Shown piece after piece: positions 1-9,500 of a DNA stretch of 32,000 bases (positions are counted from its first letter, which is position 1; each line of letters starts with the position of its first letter). Source of the DNA: Edaphobacter aggregans. Lineage in GTDB: Bacteria > Acidobacteriota > Terriglobia > Terriglobales > Acidobacteriaceae. Under the pieces are notes generated by a model. That model was not told where the DNA came from. It saw only the letters and a list, made by a program, of their open reading frames with translations, and searched no databases. The stretch is taken from NCBI RefSeq assembly GCF_003945235.1, contig NZ_RSDW01000001.1:540001-572000 (forward strand), given 5' to 3'. The position numbers were made by a program, and so were the translations under genes.

Positions 1-2448
1 TGGAGACGTCGCCTCAACCGTGATGTTCCCGGCTGTCTTCATTGACTGCACAAGAGCCATGCAGAGACCAGCGAAGGCCTTCCGCGATGTGCCCTTATCG
101 GATCCGTGATCCGTGGGGTCGCCGTTGCCCACACCGATCAGCTTCCCCTCCCCTGATACCCGGAATGTCACTTCGTTATCGGTGATGGGGACGCCTCGGC
201 CCTCGGCATCCTGAACCTCAATTGAGAGCATGGCAACATCCTCGCCATCGGCGGAGACCTCCCTGCGGTCCGCATTCATCACCAACCTGGCAGCAGCCCC
301 CGTGGTTTCCCGTTTGTCCGTCATCACGACCTTGCCGTCTTTGTACCCGCGTGCCTCGATGGCTCCGGGAGCATATCTGACGACCCACGCCAGATGCGAA
401 TCCTTTTTCATATCCTTCGCGCCGAGACTCTGGCCATTGAAGAACAACTCCACCTTGTCCAGGTTCGAATACACCCAAACTGCGATTTCCTTCCCTTCCA
501 TCCCCGGCCAATTCCAATGCGGGAAGAGATGCAGAAGCGGCTTGGCAGTCCACCACGACTGGTAGTAAAAGAACGTGTCCTTGGGGAAGCCGCAAGTATC
601 GATAATCCCATACTGCGAGCTGATGTTTGGCCACTCATATGGCGAAGGCTCCCCGCGATAGTCGAACCCCGTCCATACAAAGCCTCCCGAGCACCACTGC
701 CGCGAATTGCAGAACCGCCACCAGCCTTCCGCCGATGCGCGGCCCGTAGTGGTGTACGGATCATACGAGCCGACATAGCCTTTCGTCGGATCGGTAACAT
801 AGATGCCGCGCGTCCCGACGGCGCTCACAGTCTCCGTGCCAATGATTGGGTGTTCGGGATGCGCCTTGTGATATTCCTCCGCCTGCGGGTCCATGTAGTT
901 GTAGCCCATCACGTCACACACCACCAGGCCGCCAACTCCAATCGCACGGATAGGAGCGATCGACACCGGCCGCGAACCATCGTATTCCGTCGCAACTGCT
1001 TTCATCGCCGTCAGAATATGCAGTCCCGTCTCCGTGTTCGCTTGGCCTTCTTCATTCCCCATGGACCACATAAAGACGCTTGGATGATTCCGGTCGCGCC
1101 GCACCAAGTCCCCGAACTGGCTCAAGCCTTCTGGATTGGACGACATCATGCGAGTCTCATCAAACACCAGCATCCCGAGCTCATCACAGGCATTGAGCAA
1201 CTCCGTAGTGGGAGGATTATGTGACGTGCGAAGGGAGTTGCAGCCCATCTCCTGAAGCTTTCGTATGCGGTAATACTGAACCGCATCTGGCACTGCGGCG
1301 CCCACTCCGGCGTGGTCCTGGTGATTGCAAGTCCCTTTCAGCTTTACGGGGTTCCCATTCAGAAAAAATCCCTTCTCCGCGTCGAAGTTCACGGTGCGAA
1401 TCCCAAACGGTGTCTCGTAGCGATCGACAACCTCACCACCCGCTTCCACTTCAGTCACCAGCCTGTAGAGATTTCTCTCTTCGAGAGACCACAGGAGAGG
1501 CCGACTGACCGCGATCTCCTGCTCGTACGTCTTCTCTCCTCCTTCCGGAATTGCAGCGGCGGATGTGGCTGCTTTTCCCACTGCCTTGCCAGAGGGATCG
1601 AGCACCGTCGAGATTACACGCGCGTTCTGTACAGACTTGCCTTGGTTGTTCACCTCAGTGTCGATAGAAAGAGTGGCTTTGCCCGGTTGAACCTGGCTCC
1701 TCACAAACGTGCCCCATTTCTTTAGGTGAACCGGATGCGTCTTCACCAGCCACACATGCCTGTAGATTCCGGCTCCTTCATAGAACCAGCCATCGCTCGA
1801 GGTCGCATCAACTCGCACCAGCAGGACATTCCTGCCGCCCGGCTTCACAAAATCGCTCACATCGAAGCTGAACGGATCGTATCCGCCGCTATGTAGGCCG
1901 ATGTAAAAGCCATTGAACACTACCATCGTCTCCCGGTATGAACCATCGAACTCAAGCGTGATCCGCTTGCCAGCGTCCGCAGCGGGAAGGTCGAAGACGC
2001 GGCGATACCACCCGACGCTCGTGGCGGGGTAGTTCCGCCCCAGCGGGTAGAACCCTTTGCTGGATAGGGCGGGATCGTTTTGGAAAGGCAACTCGACAGC
2101 CCAATCGTGCGGTAAATCGATAGTTCGCCAGTCGCCATCGTCGAACGCAATAGCTCCCGCGGGCAGGAAATTCCCCGTCTTCTGGAAATTCCCGGTCCTT
2201 CCGCTCCCGAATCCGAAGTCCTTGGACGGGTCGTCTGCATTCCCCGGGCTGAAGCGCCAGCCAAAATCCAGCAAAAGACGTTCGCGTCCGCCGCCAACAC
2301 CAGGAGCAGTGTTTTGACTTGTAGCTGGCCCAGAAGCCTCTGCGGCAGCCTCAATCGTGGCGCCAAGCGGACCCATTCCGTGAACCGCGGCCGCGGCCGG
2401 CACCAGCAGCCCGCTCTTCAACACATCGCGACGTGAAACCGATTTCAT
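1..2448 (-). CDS. Glycoside hydrolase family 2 (beta-galactosidase/beta-glucuronidase-like), Tat-secreted. The C-terminus is cut by the window edge.
   Basis: Absent from the ORF track because it runs off position 1. Reverse translation from the ATG at 2448-2446 stays open for 816 codons. The N-terminus is MKSVSRRDVLKSGLLVPAAAAV, a twin-arginine signal. GH2-type motifs: FDGSYRETMVVFNG, GGYDPFSFDVS, LKGTCNHQDHAGVG, NSLRTSHNPP, VFMWSMGNEEG. All listed + strand ORFs in 218-2366 are antisense shadows. Confidence 0.85.
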   Translation of the reverse strand, partial: MKSVSRRDVLKSGLLVPAAAAVHGMGPLGATIEAAAEASGPATSQNTAPGVGGGRERLLLDFGWRFSPGNADDPSKDFGFGSGRTGNFQKTGNFLPAGAIAFDDGDWRTIDLPHDWAVELPFQNDPALSSKGFYPLGRNYPATSVGWYRRVFDLPAADAGKRITLEFDGSYRETMVVFNGFYIGLHSGGYDPFSFDVSDFVKPGGRNVLLVRVDATSSDGWFYEGAGIYRHVWLVKTHPVHLKKWGTFVRSQVQPGKATLSIDTEVNNQGKSVQNARVISTVLDPSGKAVGKAATSAAAIPEGGEKTYEQEIAVSRPLLWSLEERNLYRLVTEVEAGGEVVDRYETPFGIRTVNFDAEKGFFLNGNPVKLKGTCNHQDHAGVGAAVPDAVQYYRIRKLQEMGCNSLRTSHNPPTTELLNACDELGMLVFDETRMMSSNPEGLSQFGDLVRRDRNHPSVFMWSMGNEEGQANTETGLHILTAMKAVATEYDGSRPVSIAPIRAIGVGGLVVCDVMGYNYMDPQAEEYHKAHPEHPIIGTETVSAVGTRGIYVTDPTKGYVGSYDPYTTTGRASAEGWWRFCNSRQWCSGGFVWTGFDYRGEPSPYEWPNISSQYGIIDTCGFPKDTFFYYQSWWTAKPLLHLFPHWNWPGMEGKEIAVWVYSNLDKVELFFNGQSLGAKDMKKDSHLAWVVRYAPGAIEARGYKDGKVVMTDKRETTGAAARLVMNADRREVSADGEDVAMLSIEVQDAEGRGVPITDNEVTFRVSGEGKLIGVGNGDPTDHGSDKGTSRKAFAGLCMALVQSMKTAGNITVEATSP

Positions 2449-2738
2449 TTTGACCTCATAATGAACCCTGTGAGCGCCACACACTCGTGCCGTTGTTAGG
2501 TGTTAAATGCGCCAGAGTTTTGTCCAACATTTCAGAGCCACGCCAGTATAAACGCCTCATCGACTTGTCCGGACATTTAGCTAGGGAGCCAGAGCGGCGC
2601 GCTGACCCGATAAGACCACGCCTTGTTCCCTCGCGCGATGTCACAAGCATTCCTCTCAGTTGTGCCAAATCGCCGGGTCACTCATTTGAGAGTGCTGAGA
2701 ATTCCCATGGTCAAATTTTCTGTCACCAATAACAGTAC

Positions 2739-5057
2739 TTAGCGGACAGATAGATTGGCGGTGTGGGAGACGCAGGAATGAAAGCTCGCATCACTCATGG
2801 AAGGTGGTGGAACAGCCTGTCCCCACGTTGAGGGTGCGGAGCCCATGGTAAAGACAAAAGTAGCGCCATCTTTAATCTGTGCGTGGCGGAACCAGGAGTT
2901 AGGAAGATCAACACCATTAAGCGTGACCGACTGGATGTAATGGTTCAGTCCAGACTTGCCGAGATTCTTTGCGATGATCCGAAGCCTCTTTCCATTACTT
3001 AGAGTGAGAGATGCGTCCGGTATGCTCGGAGTGCTGATGAGATAAACATCCTGGCCCGCAACGGGGTAGAAGCCAAGTGTCTGAAAGATGAGCCAGCTCG
3101 ACATCGCACCCGAGTCGTCGTTACCGGGAATCCCGGCACGAGAGTCGGTGAACGCCTTCTCCAATAGGAGTTGAACGATATCCGCGGATTTATCAGGGCG
3201 GCCAGCATAGTTATAGAGCACCGGCATGAGAAAGCCGGGTTCGTTGGTGACGTCAAAGTGCCCGCGCGAGAAGATAAAGTCCAGGCGGCGATTGAAGAGA
3301 TCAGTTCCACCCGCCATTGCGATAAGGCGCCGCATATCCTGTGGTGCGTACAGCGAATACGTCCAGATATCTCCTTCATACATGAAGTCCGGCCACGTAC
3401 CGCGCACTGTCAGATAAGGGTCGGCCCAGGAACCATCCGGCTTGCGCGGACGAAGAAAACCCTCGAAACCAAGGACGGTCATATCCTTGTCCCAGAGATG
3501 TTCGAAGTTATGGGCCCGGCTGGCATAGAGCGCCGCTTCGGTTGTCTTACCTAGACCACAGGCTAGTTCAGATATCGCGAAGTCGTCATAAGCATATTCG
3601 ACCGTCCGAGAGCCAGAGCGCTCGTCCGCAAGGGTGATGAAGCCGCGTTCGTTGTAATCTTTCAAACCGCCGCGGCCTTCCTTTTGAGCGTTTTCCGGCG
3701 GTACCGTGGCATCGTGTTCCATGGCCTTGAATGCGGTCTCGTAATCAATACCCTTCAATCCCTTGACCCATGCATCGGCGACGACCACATTCGCGTTCGA
3801 GCCGCCTTGGGTACGCCCATTGTCGTTGCCACTGCGAGCATCGGGCATGTAGCCGGTGTGCCGGTAGATGTCGATGAGCGAGCGGATAATGTCGCGCTGC
3901 CGATCCGGAGAGATAAGCGTGAGAAGTGGACTTGAGCTGCGGTAGGTATCCCAGATGGCGTAGTAATCGTCGTAGTACGGCTCGGCCGATTGCCAATCGG
4001 GATTCTCACCTGTACGATCTGTCGGCATCAGCATGACGTGGTACATCGCAGTATAAAGTTCGCGGCGTTGAGCGTCAGTCTCTCCAGAGAGGTTAAGCTT
4101 GGCGAGTTCGATATTCCAAAGGGCTTTAGCCGCAGCGCGAACGGCGGCGAAATTCCACCCCGGAATCTCCTCTTGTACATTGCGCCTAGCCTGATCGACG
4201 CTGAGAAAAGAGATGCCGACCTTGACCTGAACAACCTGGCTGGCCTTCGTTGAGAGATCGAAGGTGGCCCCAATCGATGGGCCCTCTGGCGTCGTAGCAA
4301 CTACAGATGCGTCCTTTGCAGCGCTCAAAGTCGTGCCGATCCAAGTCTGTGTCGAAGTGGCAGGAGTATCTAGCACGAGGTAGTAATAAACCTTGTACTC
4401 ACCACCCTCGTTCCAGCCACCCTTGAAACGCGCAACACCCTGAGCCTCGTGATCGGATGGCAGGTGGATCTCGGCCCCGAGAAACTTCTGTGCCTCGATC
4501 CCCGTGCCAAGGCCAAGTGCCGAGGCCACATTGACAGTGATATGTGACTGCTGCGAAGCCGGGAAAGTATAGCGGTGGAAGCCTACACGCCGACTGCTGG
4601 TGAGTTCGGCGTCTACGTGATAACGCGTGAGCTTTGCCCTATAGTACCCGACCTCTGCGACCTCGTTGGTACGTGGTGTCTTTATATCGGCCAGATCAAG
4701 CGCACCTGTGACTGGTGCGACCATAATATTGCCATACTTGCCTTGGGCCCCGCTGAGATGTAGATGCGAAAAGCCGAGAATGTTACCCGCGCTGAAATAA
4801 CCAAAGCCAGAACGGCGGTTGTCGAAGGTCACCATATCAGGCCCGAGCTTGACCATGCCATACGGGATCGCGGATCCGACGAACGTATTCCCTCCCCAAT
4901 CGACCCCGATGAAGGGGTCCACGTTATGGGTAAAGTCTTGCGTCCCAGGCCGTTGCCCAAGCACTGCGGCGCTTACCAAAAGCCAGCTGAGAGAGAAACA
5001 CCTGAAACGCCATGAGATAGAACCAACCTTATTCCGCATCGTTACTTTTCGCACCAT
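2739..5057 (-). CDS. Glycoside hydrolase family 92 (alpha-mannosidase-like), secreted
   Basis: 772-aa ORF with a hydrophobic signal (FSLSWLLVSAAVLG). GH92-like motifs: DPFIGVDWGGNTFVGSAIPYGMVKLGPD, GFSHLHLSGAQGKYGNI, PGNDDSGAMSSWLIF. The start could be the ATG at 5057 or the ATG at 5039. Confidence 0.85.
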   Translation of the reverse strand: MVRKVTMRNKVGSISWRFRCFSLSWLLVSAAVLGQRPGTQDFTHNVDPFIGVDWGGNTFVGSAIPYGMVKLGPDMVTFDNRRSGFGYFSAGNILGFSHLHLSGAQGKYGNIMVAPVTGALDLADIKTPRTNEVAEVGYYRAKLTRYHVDAELTSSRRVGFHRYTFPASQQSHITVNVASALGLGTGIEAQKFLGAEIHLPSDHEAQGVARFKGGWNEGGEYKVYYYLVLDTPATSTQTWIGTTLSAAKDASVVATTPEGPSIGATFDLSTKASQVVQVKVGISFLSVDQARRNVQEEIPGWNFAAVRAAAKALWNIELAKLNLSGETDAQRRELYTAMYHVMLMPTDRTGENPDWQSAEPYYDDYYAIWDTYRSSSPLLTLISPDRQRDIIRSLIDIYRHTGYMPDARSGNDNGRTQGGSNANVVVADAWVKGLKGIDYETAFKAMEHDATVPPENAQKEGRGGLKDYNERGFITLADERSGSRTVEYAYDDFAISELACGLGKTTEAALYASRAHNFEHLWDKDMTVLGFEGFLRPRKPDGSWADPYLTVRGTWPDFMYEGDIWTYSLYAPQDMRRLIAMAGGTDLFNRRLDFIFSRGHFDVTNEPGFLMPVLYNYAGRPDKSADIVQLLLEKAFTDSRAGIPGNDDSGAMSSWLIFQTLGFYPVAGQDVYLISTPSIPDASLTLSNGKRLRIIAKNLGKSGLNHYIQSVTLNGVDLPNSWFRHAQIKDGATFVFTMGSAPSTWGQAVPPPSMSDASFHSCVSHTANLSVR

Positions 5058-5212
5058 TGTGCTGAAAAGTATAGCTATTCACTTCCACGATTGACGTGAG
5101 GCTTCCGAGACCACTTGTACGATTAGCCGACTCTTCGGGCATGTGGTTTGCTCTTGCTGTCCGCTAAGATGGACTTTTCGCGTGTGGACGTCGGCACGGA
5201 GGACAGTAATAA

Positions 5213-6376
5213 ATGCAGGAAGTAGCGATTTCGCAGCATCTTGGCGGACCCAACGCAAGGTTGGTAGGAAAGCCGTGCAGCTTGCCCGAACTGACGACGC
5301 CGGCCCTAGTTTTGGATCTGGAGACTTTCGAGCGAAACATAAGAGCCTATCAGCACCAGGTAAACCTCCACGGACTGCAAGCACGCCCTCACGCCAAGAG
5401 CCATAAATGCGCAGAGATCGCTCAGCGTCAAATAGCCGCAGGGGCTGTCGGTGTTTGCGCCGCTTCTCTCCACGAAGCGGAAGCATTGGTGCGGCACGGA
5501 ATCAACAACATATTGATCACCTCGCCGGTGATAGGGGCCGGCAAGCTGGATCGGCTGTTGCAACTGCTGGACCACGGTGTTTCGGTCGCGGTCGTCGTAG
5601 ATGACCAGGAGAGGGCGGCATCGATGGCCGCTGCTGCGCATCAATCTGGGCATGTTCTTGATGTACTGATCGATGTGGACCTTGGCATGGGCCGAACGGG
5701 CGTCAGCAACATCGAATCGGCACTTCAACTGGTGAATGTGGTCTGCGATGCCGAAGGAATTTCGTATCGAGGAATTCAAGCGTACTCCGGATCGGTGCAG
5801 CATATCGAAGACTTTGCCGCGCGAGACCGGATCTATACAGGACAGTTACGCTTCCTCTCAGGGTTGATCGCGGCGCTGGACAAGCGCGGGCTCAAGCCTG
5901 CAACGGTGAGTGGCGGAGGCACGGGCACGCTGGCACTCGACTGCCGCGAGGGCATCCTGACCGAGCATCAAGCTGGTAGCTACATCTTCATGGACGTGGA
6001 ATATGGTGCCGTCACGTTGCGAGCGAACGACGACGATGCCCGGTTCGCCACGTCATTGTTCCTCCACAGCACAGTGATTAGCAAGAACGTGCCCGGCACC
6101 GCCACGATCGATGCTGGGCTGAAAAGCTTTGCTACAGATGGACCTTTACCGCGCGTGAGCAATGGGGCGCCAGCAGGAACAACGTATGCATTTTTCGGAG
6201 ATGAACACGGCCGCCTCACCTTTCCGACTCCGACTCATAGCCTGCCGCTTGGCAGCATTGTCGCATTTGTAACGCCCCACTGCGATCCAACGGTAAATCT
6301 GCATGACTACTTGCACATCGTGCGGAATGACACGATTGTCGACATATGGCAGATCGTTGGTCGTGGGGTCCTTTAG
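5213..6376 (+). CDS. DSD1-family PLP enzyme (alanine-racemase-fold; D-threonine aldolase / D-serine or 3-hydroxy-D-aspartate dehydratase-like)
   Basis: 387-aa ORF. GGAGGA sits at 5198-5203, 9 nt before the ATG. N-terminal PALVLDLETFERNI...RPHAKSHKCAEIA...GVCAASLHEAEAL pattern with a PLP-lysine context, and C-terminal HCDPTVNLHD, are both typical of the D-serine-dehydratase-like (DSD1) family. Confidence 0.7.
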   Translation: MQEVAISQHLGGPNARLVGKPCSLPELTTPALVLDLETFERNIRAYQHQVNLHGLQARPHAKSHKCAEIAQRQIAAGAVGVCAASLHEAEALVRHGINNILITSPVIGAGKLDRLLQLLDHGVSVAVVVDDQERAASMAAAAHQSGHVLDVLIDVDLGMGRTGVSNIESALQLVNVVCDAEGISYRGIQAYSGSVQHIEDFAARDRIYTGQLRFLSGLIAALDKRGLKPATVSGGGTGTLALDCREGILTEHQAGSYIFMDVEYGAVTLRANDDDARFATSLFLHSTVISKNVPGTATIDAGLKSFATDGPLPRVSNGAPAGTTYAFFGDEHGRLTFPTPTHSLPLGSIVAFVTPHCDPTVNLHDYLHIVRNDTIVDIWQIVGRGVL

Positions 6377-6551
6377 ACTCTCAGCTATTTCCTTACGTAG
6401 CCGCATTTACCGCTGCTTCAAGCAGAACTGCCTGCTTCCTCGCTAAAGGTGGTATACGTATTCCCGACAGAAAATTGGAATAAATCAGGTCTCAAAACCG
6501 AGAAGACTCGTTTGGAGCCCAAGAGAATCCTCGCAGCAGATCAGGATAAGA

Positions 6552-9500
6552 ATGAAAACGAAAATCGATTTTGTCCTTAGGCTCGCGCTCATGTTTATGG
6601 TCGTGGGCGCCATCTTCGCAATTGCGCAACAGTCTCCTACGAGAAACGACGTTCCTTCGCACAGACCTCAAGGCCCGTGCGACATCTACGCAGCTTCCGG
6701 TGCCCCATGTGTCGCAGCACATAGCACTACACGCGCGTTATATGCGACCTATAACGGCCCCCTCTACCAGATTTTGCGCCAATCGGACGGCAAGACCCTG
6801 GACATTGGTATCGTCCAATCTGCTGCTTCATCGGTTAACGATCCAGGTGGATACGCTGACGCAGCCGCGCAGGATAAGTTTTGCGCCGGCACCTATTGCT
6901 GGAACAGCATCATCTATGATCAATCTCCCAAACACAACGATTTGACTCAGGCTCCTCGTGGCGGATTCGGCGGCCCTGCCCTGGGAGGCTTCAACAATCT
7001 TCCGATCGCTGATATGGCGCCCATTACCATCATGGGGCACAAGGTCTACGGTGTGTTCATTGAACCGGGTATGGGACTCCGCCAGAACGATGCGAAAGGC
7101 ACCGCAGTCGACGACCAAGCCGAAGGGCAATACTGGGTCGTCAATGGTAAGCATTTCAACGCCGGTTGCTGTTTCGATTACGGCAATGCGGAGATTGACA
7201 GTCGCGATGATGACAACGGCACCATGGAGACACTCTACTTCGGTAACGCCACACCGTGGTACAGCGGGGCTGGAAAAGGGCCGTGGATTATGACCGATCA
7301 GGAAAATAATCTTGTCGGATGCGTCAACGATGATGGGACCAAAGGCTGTCCCAATTTACCCAGCATCCCCTGGCACTTTGTAACTGCAATCGGCAAAGGA
7401 GAACCACACCATTGGACATCCATGGGTGGGGACGCGCAAAAGGGCGCTCTGTCAGTCATGTTCGATGGGCACCGTGTGAATTCTACCTATGACCCGATGC
7501 GAAAGCAGGGAGCTATTCTTCTGGGCAACGGCGGTGACAATAGTGTTGGGTCGCAAGGAACGTTCTATGAAGGAGCGATGACAGCAGCTGGCACATTCCC
7601 ATCGAACGCTATTGACCAGCTTGTCCAGGCCAACATCGTAGCTGCTAGGTACGATGTCACTCCACTTAGTTTGACACCTACGGCGACACCAACAACGCCT
7701 GCGGGGCCACAAACGTTCACTCCGGCGTCTTCGCGGGACTTCACCGTGACATTCACGAATACAACAGGAACACCTGTAACGGACGTTTCGTTGAGCATTT
7801 CTGTACCCAGCAAGCAGTGGGCCTCGGTTGTTTCAGGCACTACCGAAACGTCAAAAACATTCGCTCAGCAAATCGCGCCAGGTGGGAGCGTGAGCGCGAC
7901 TTTCAAAGTCACTTCAGGGCCAGCGGCCTTTAACGGTGATCTCGTTGGCAATGCATCCTGGATGAACCCCACCAGCGGCAAAAAGCAAGTAGAGACGACT
8001 GTTGGAAAGGTTCGCAATGCCAGACCAGTTAAGATCAACGAGTTCCGCGTCACCTCAGGCTCGCCTCGCAACCCAACAAATTCATTTATAGAGCTCTACA
8101 ACGCAGGTCCCCAAAGCGTCGATATCTCCAACTGGACGTTGACCGAGCACCCAGCTCGTCAGGCTATCTTTTCGATGGTAAAGATCCCGGCTGGAACGAA
8201 GCTTATGGCCGGCGGTTTTTATCTGCTCGGACTCTCCAACTCCGGGTTGGCAGTTCCCGCACGAGCAGGCGACAGCATCATCCAGGTCAGGAACACGGAG
8301 GGAATGTCGGTTGGAGACACAATCAACATTGGTACCGGCTCCAGCGCAGAATTGCGTAAAATCGCAAGCCTCGGGACACCTGCCAGCGATCATACAATGT
8401 TGTGGCAATCACTCCCCGAAGAACCGGTGATCACCGTTCCTGCCGGTTCGACCAACGTGCCCGTCGAGAATGTATCCGGCTTTGCTGTTGGCCAGAAGAT
8501 TGCGCTTGGCTATGGCTCTACCTACCCGTTCGTTGCAAATACAGTGGAGCAGTACGAGATAGCCACGGTGACTGCAGTCGGCAAACCAGGGACACAAGCG
8601 TATCTGGCGATGGATGCGCCTGCTGGAGCCACCAACATTAAGGTGACCTCTCTCTCCAATATCTCCATTGGTGACAAGATTAGGTTGGATATCGACAGCG
8701 TTGGCCATGGAATCGAAACCGTTACGGTGACACAGGTCGGGTCAGCAGCAAATCAGACCAATCTCTCAGCTCCTGCGAGCGCCGGGGCGACCCGGATCAG
8801 CGTGCGCCGAGGGGATGGTTTCGCCGCAGGCGACAGGATTACTGTCGGCACGCCTGCAAGCAAGCAAGTCGTTACCGTCACCGCTGTGGGCTCCCCAGGG
8901 TCGGATGGTACCCCCATAGACTTTACCCCTGCGTTTATCAAATCTCACGGAGTCAGTGAATGGGTGGTAGCTCCGGGCACTGGCCTGGAGCTGGCAGCTC
9001 CATTACGGTTCAATCATGCAGCCAACCTTCCGTTCAGCGATCGCGGAACAGGAATCAGCTTTCAGCCGGCGACTGCCTTTGCCCATTTGAGCAACGAGCC
9101 AGTCCAGGCTCTTGGGACAGGCATAACGCTCGACAGACCGCTGACCGACAACCACGCGATCCACACGGCCGTACGCGATGCTGAAGTCAAGACGGCGGGA
9201 TACCAGGGTACGCCCACGCCAAACCAGTGGTTTGGCGGACCAGAATTAACCACGAAGTCTCCACAATTTGGCCGTACCCTCACCGTCGAAGAGGGTAGCT
9301 TCGTGCTGCGTGACTCTTCGGGAGTGGTTGCGGACAGCCTTAACTATGGAGGCCTTGTCGATCCATGGGCCGCCGAAGGGGATCAGGCTGTTTCAGGAGC
9401 CGAGTTGAGCGGCTGCTATGCCCCAGCGCCTGGTTCAGTGTTTAACCCATGGTCAACTGTTGTGGCTCCTGTTGCCATCAATACAAGCGCAGGACGTTTC

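Noticed and set aside
394-1224. 276-aa + strand ORF, plus several others in 218-2366
   Set aside because: It is antisense to a continuous 816-codon GH2 reading frame with strong family motifs. The translated products are Arg/Pro/Ala-rich and low-complexity, as is typical of shadow ORFs in GC-rich DNA.
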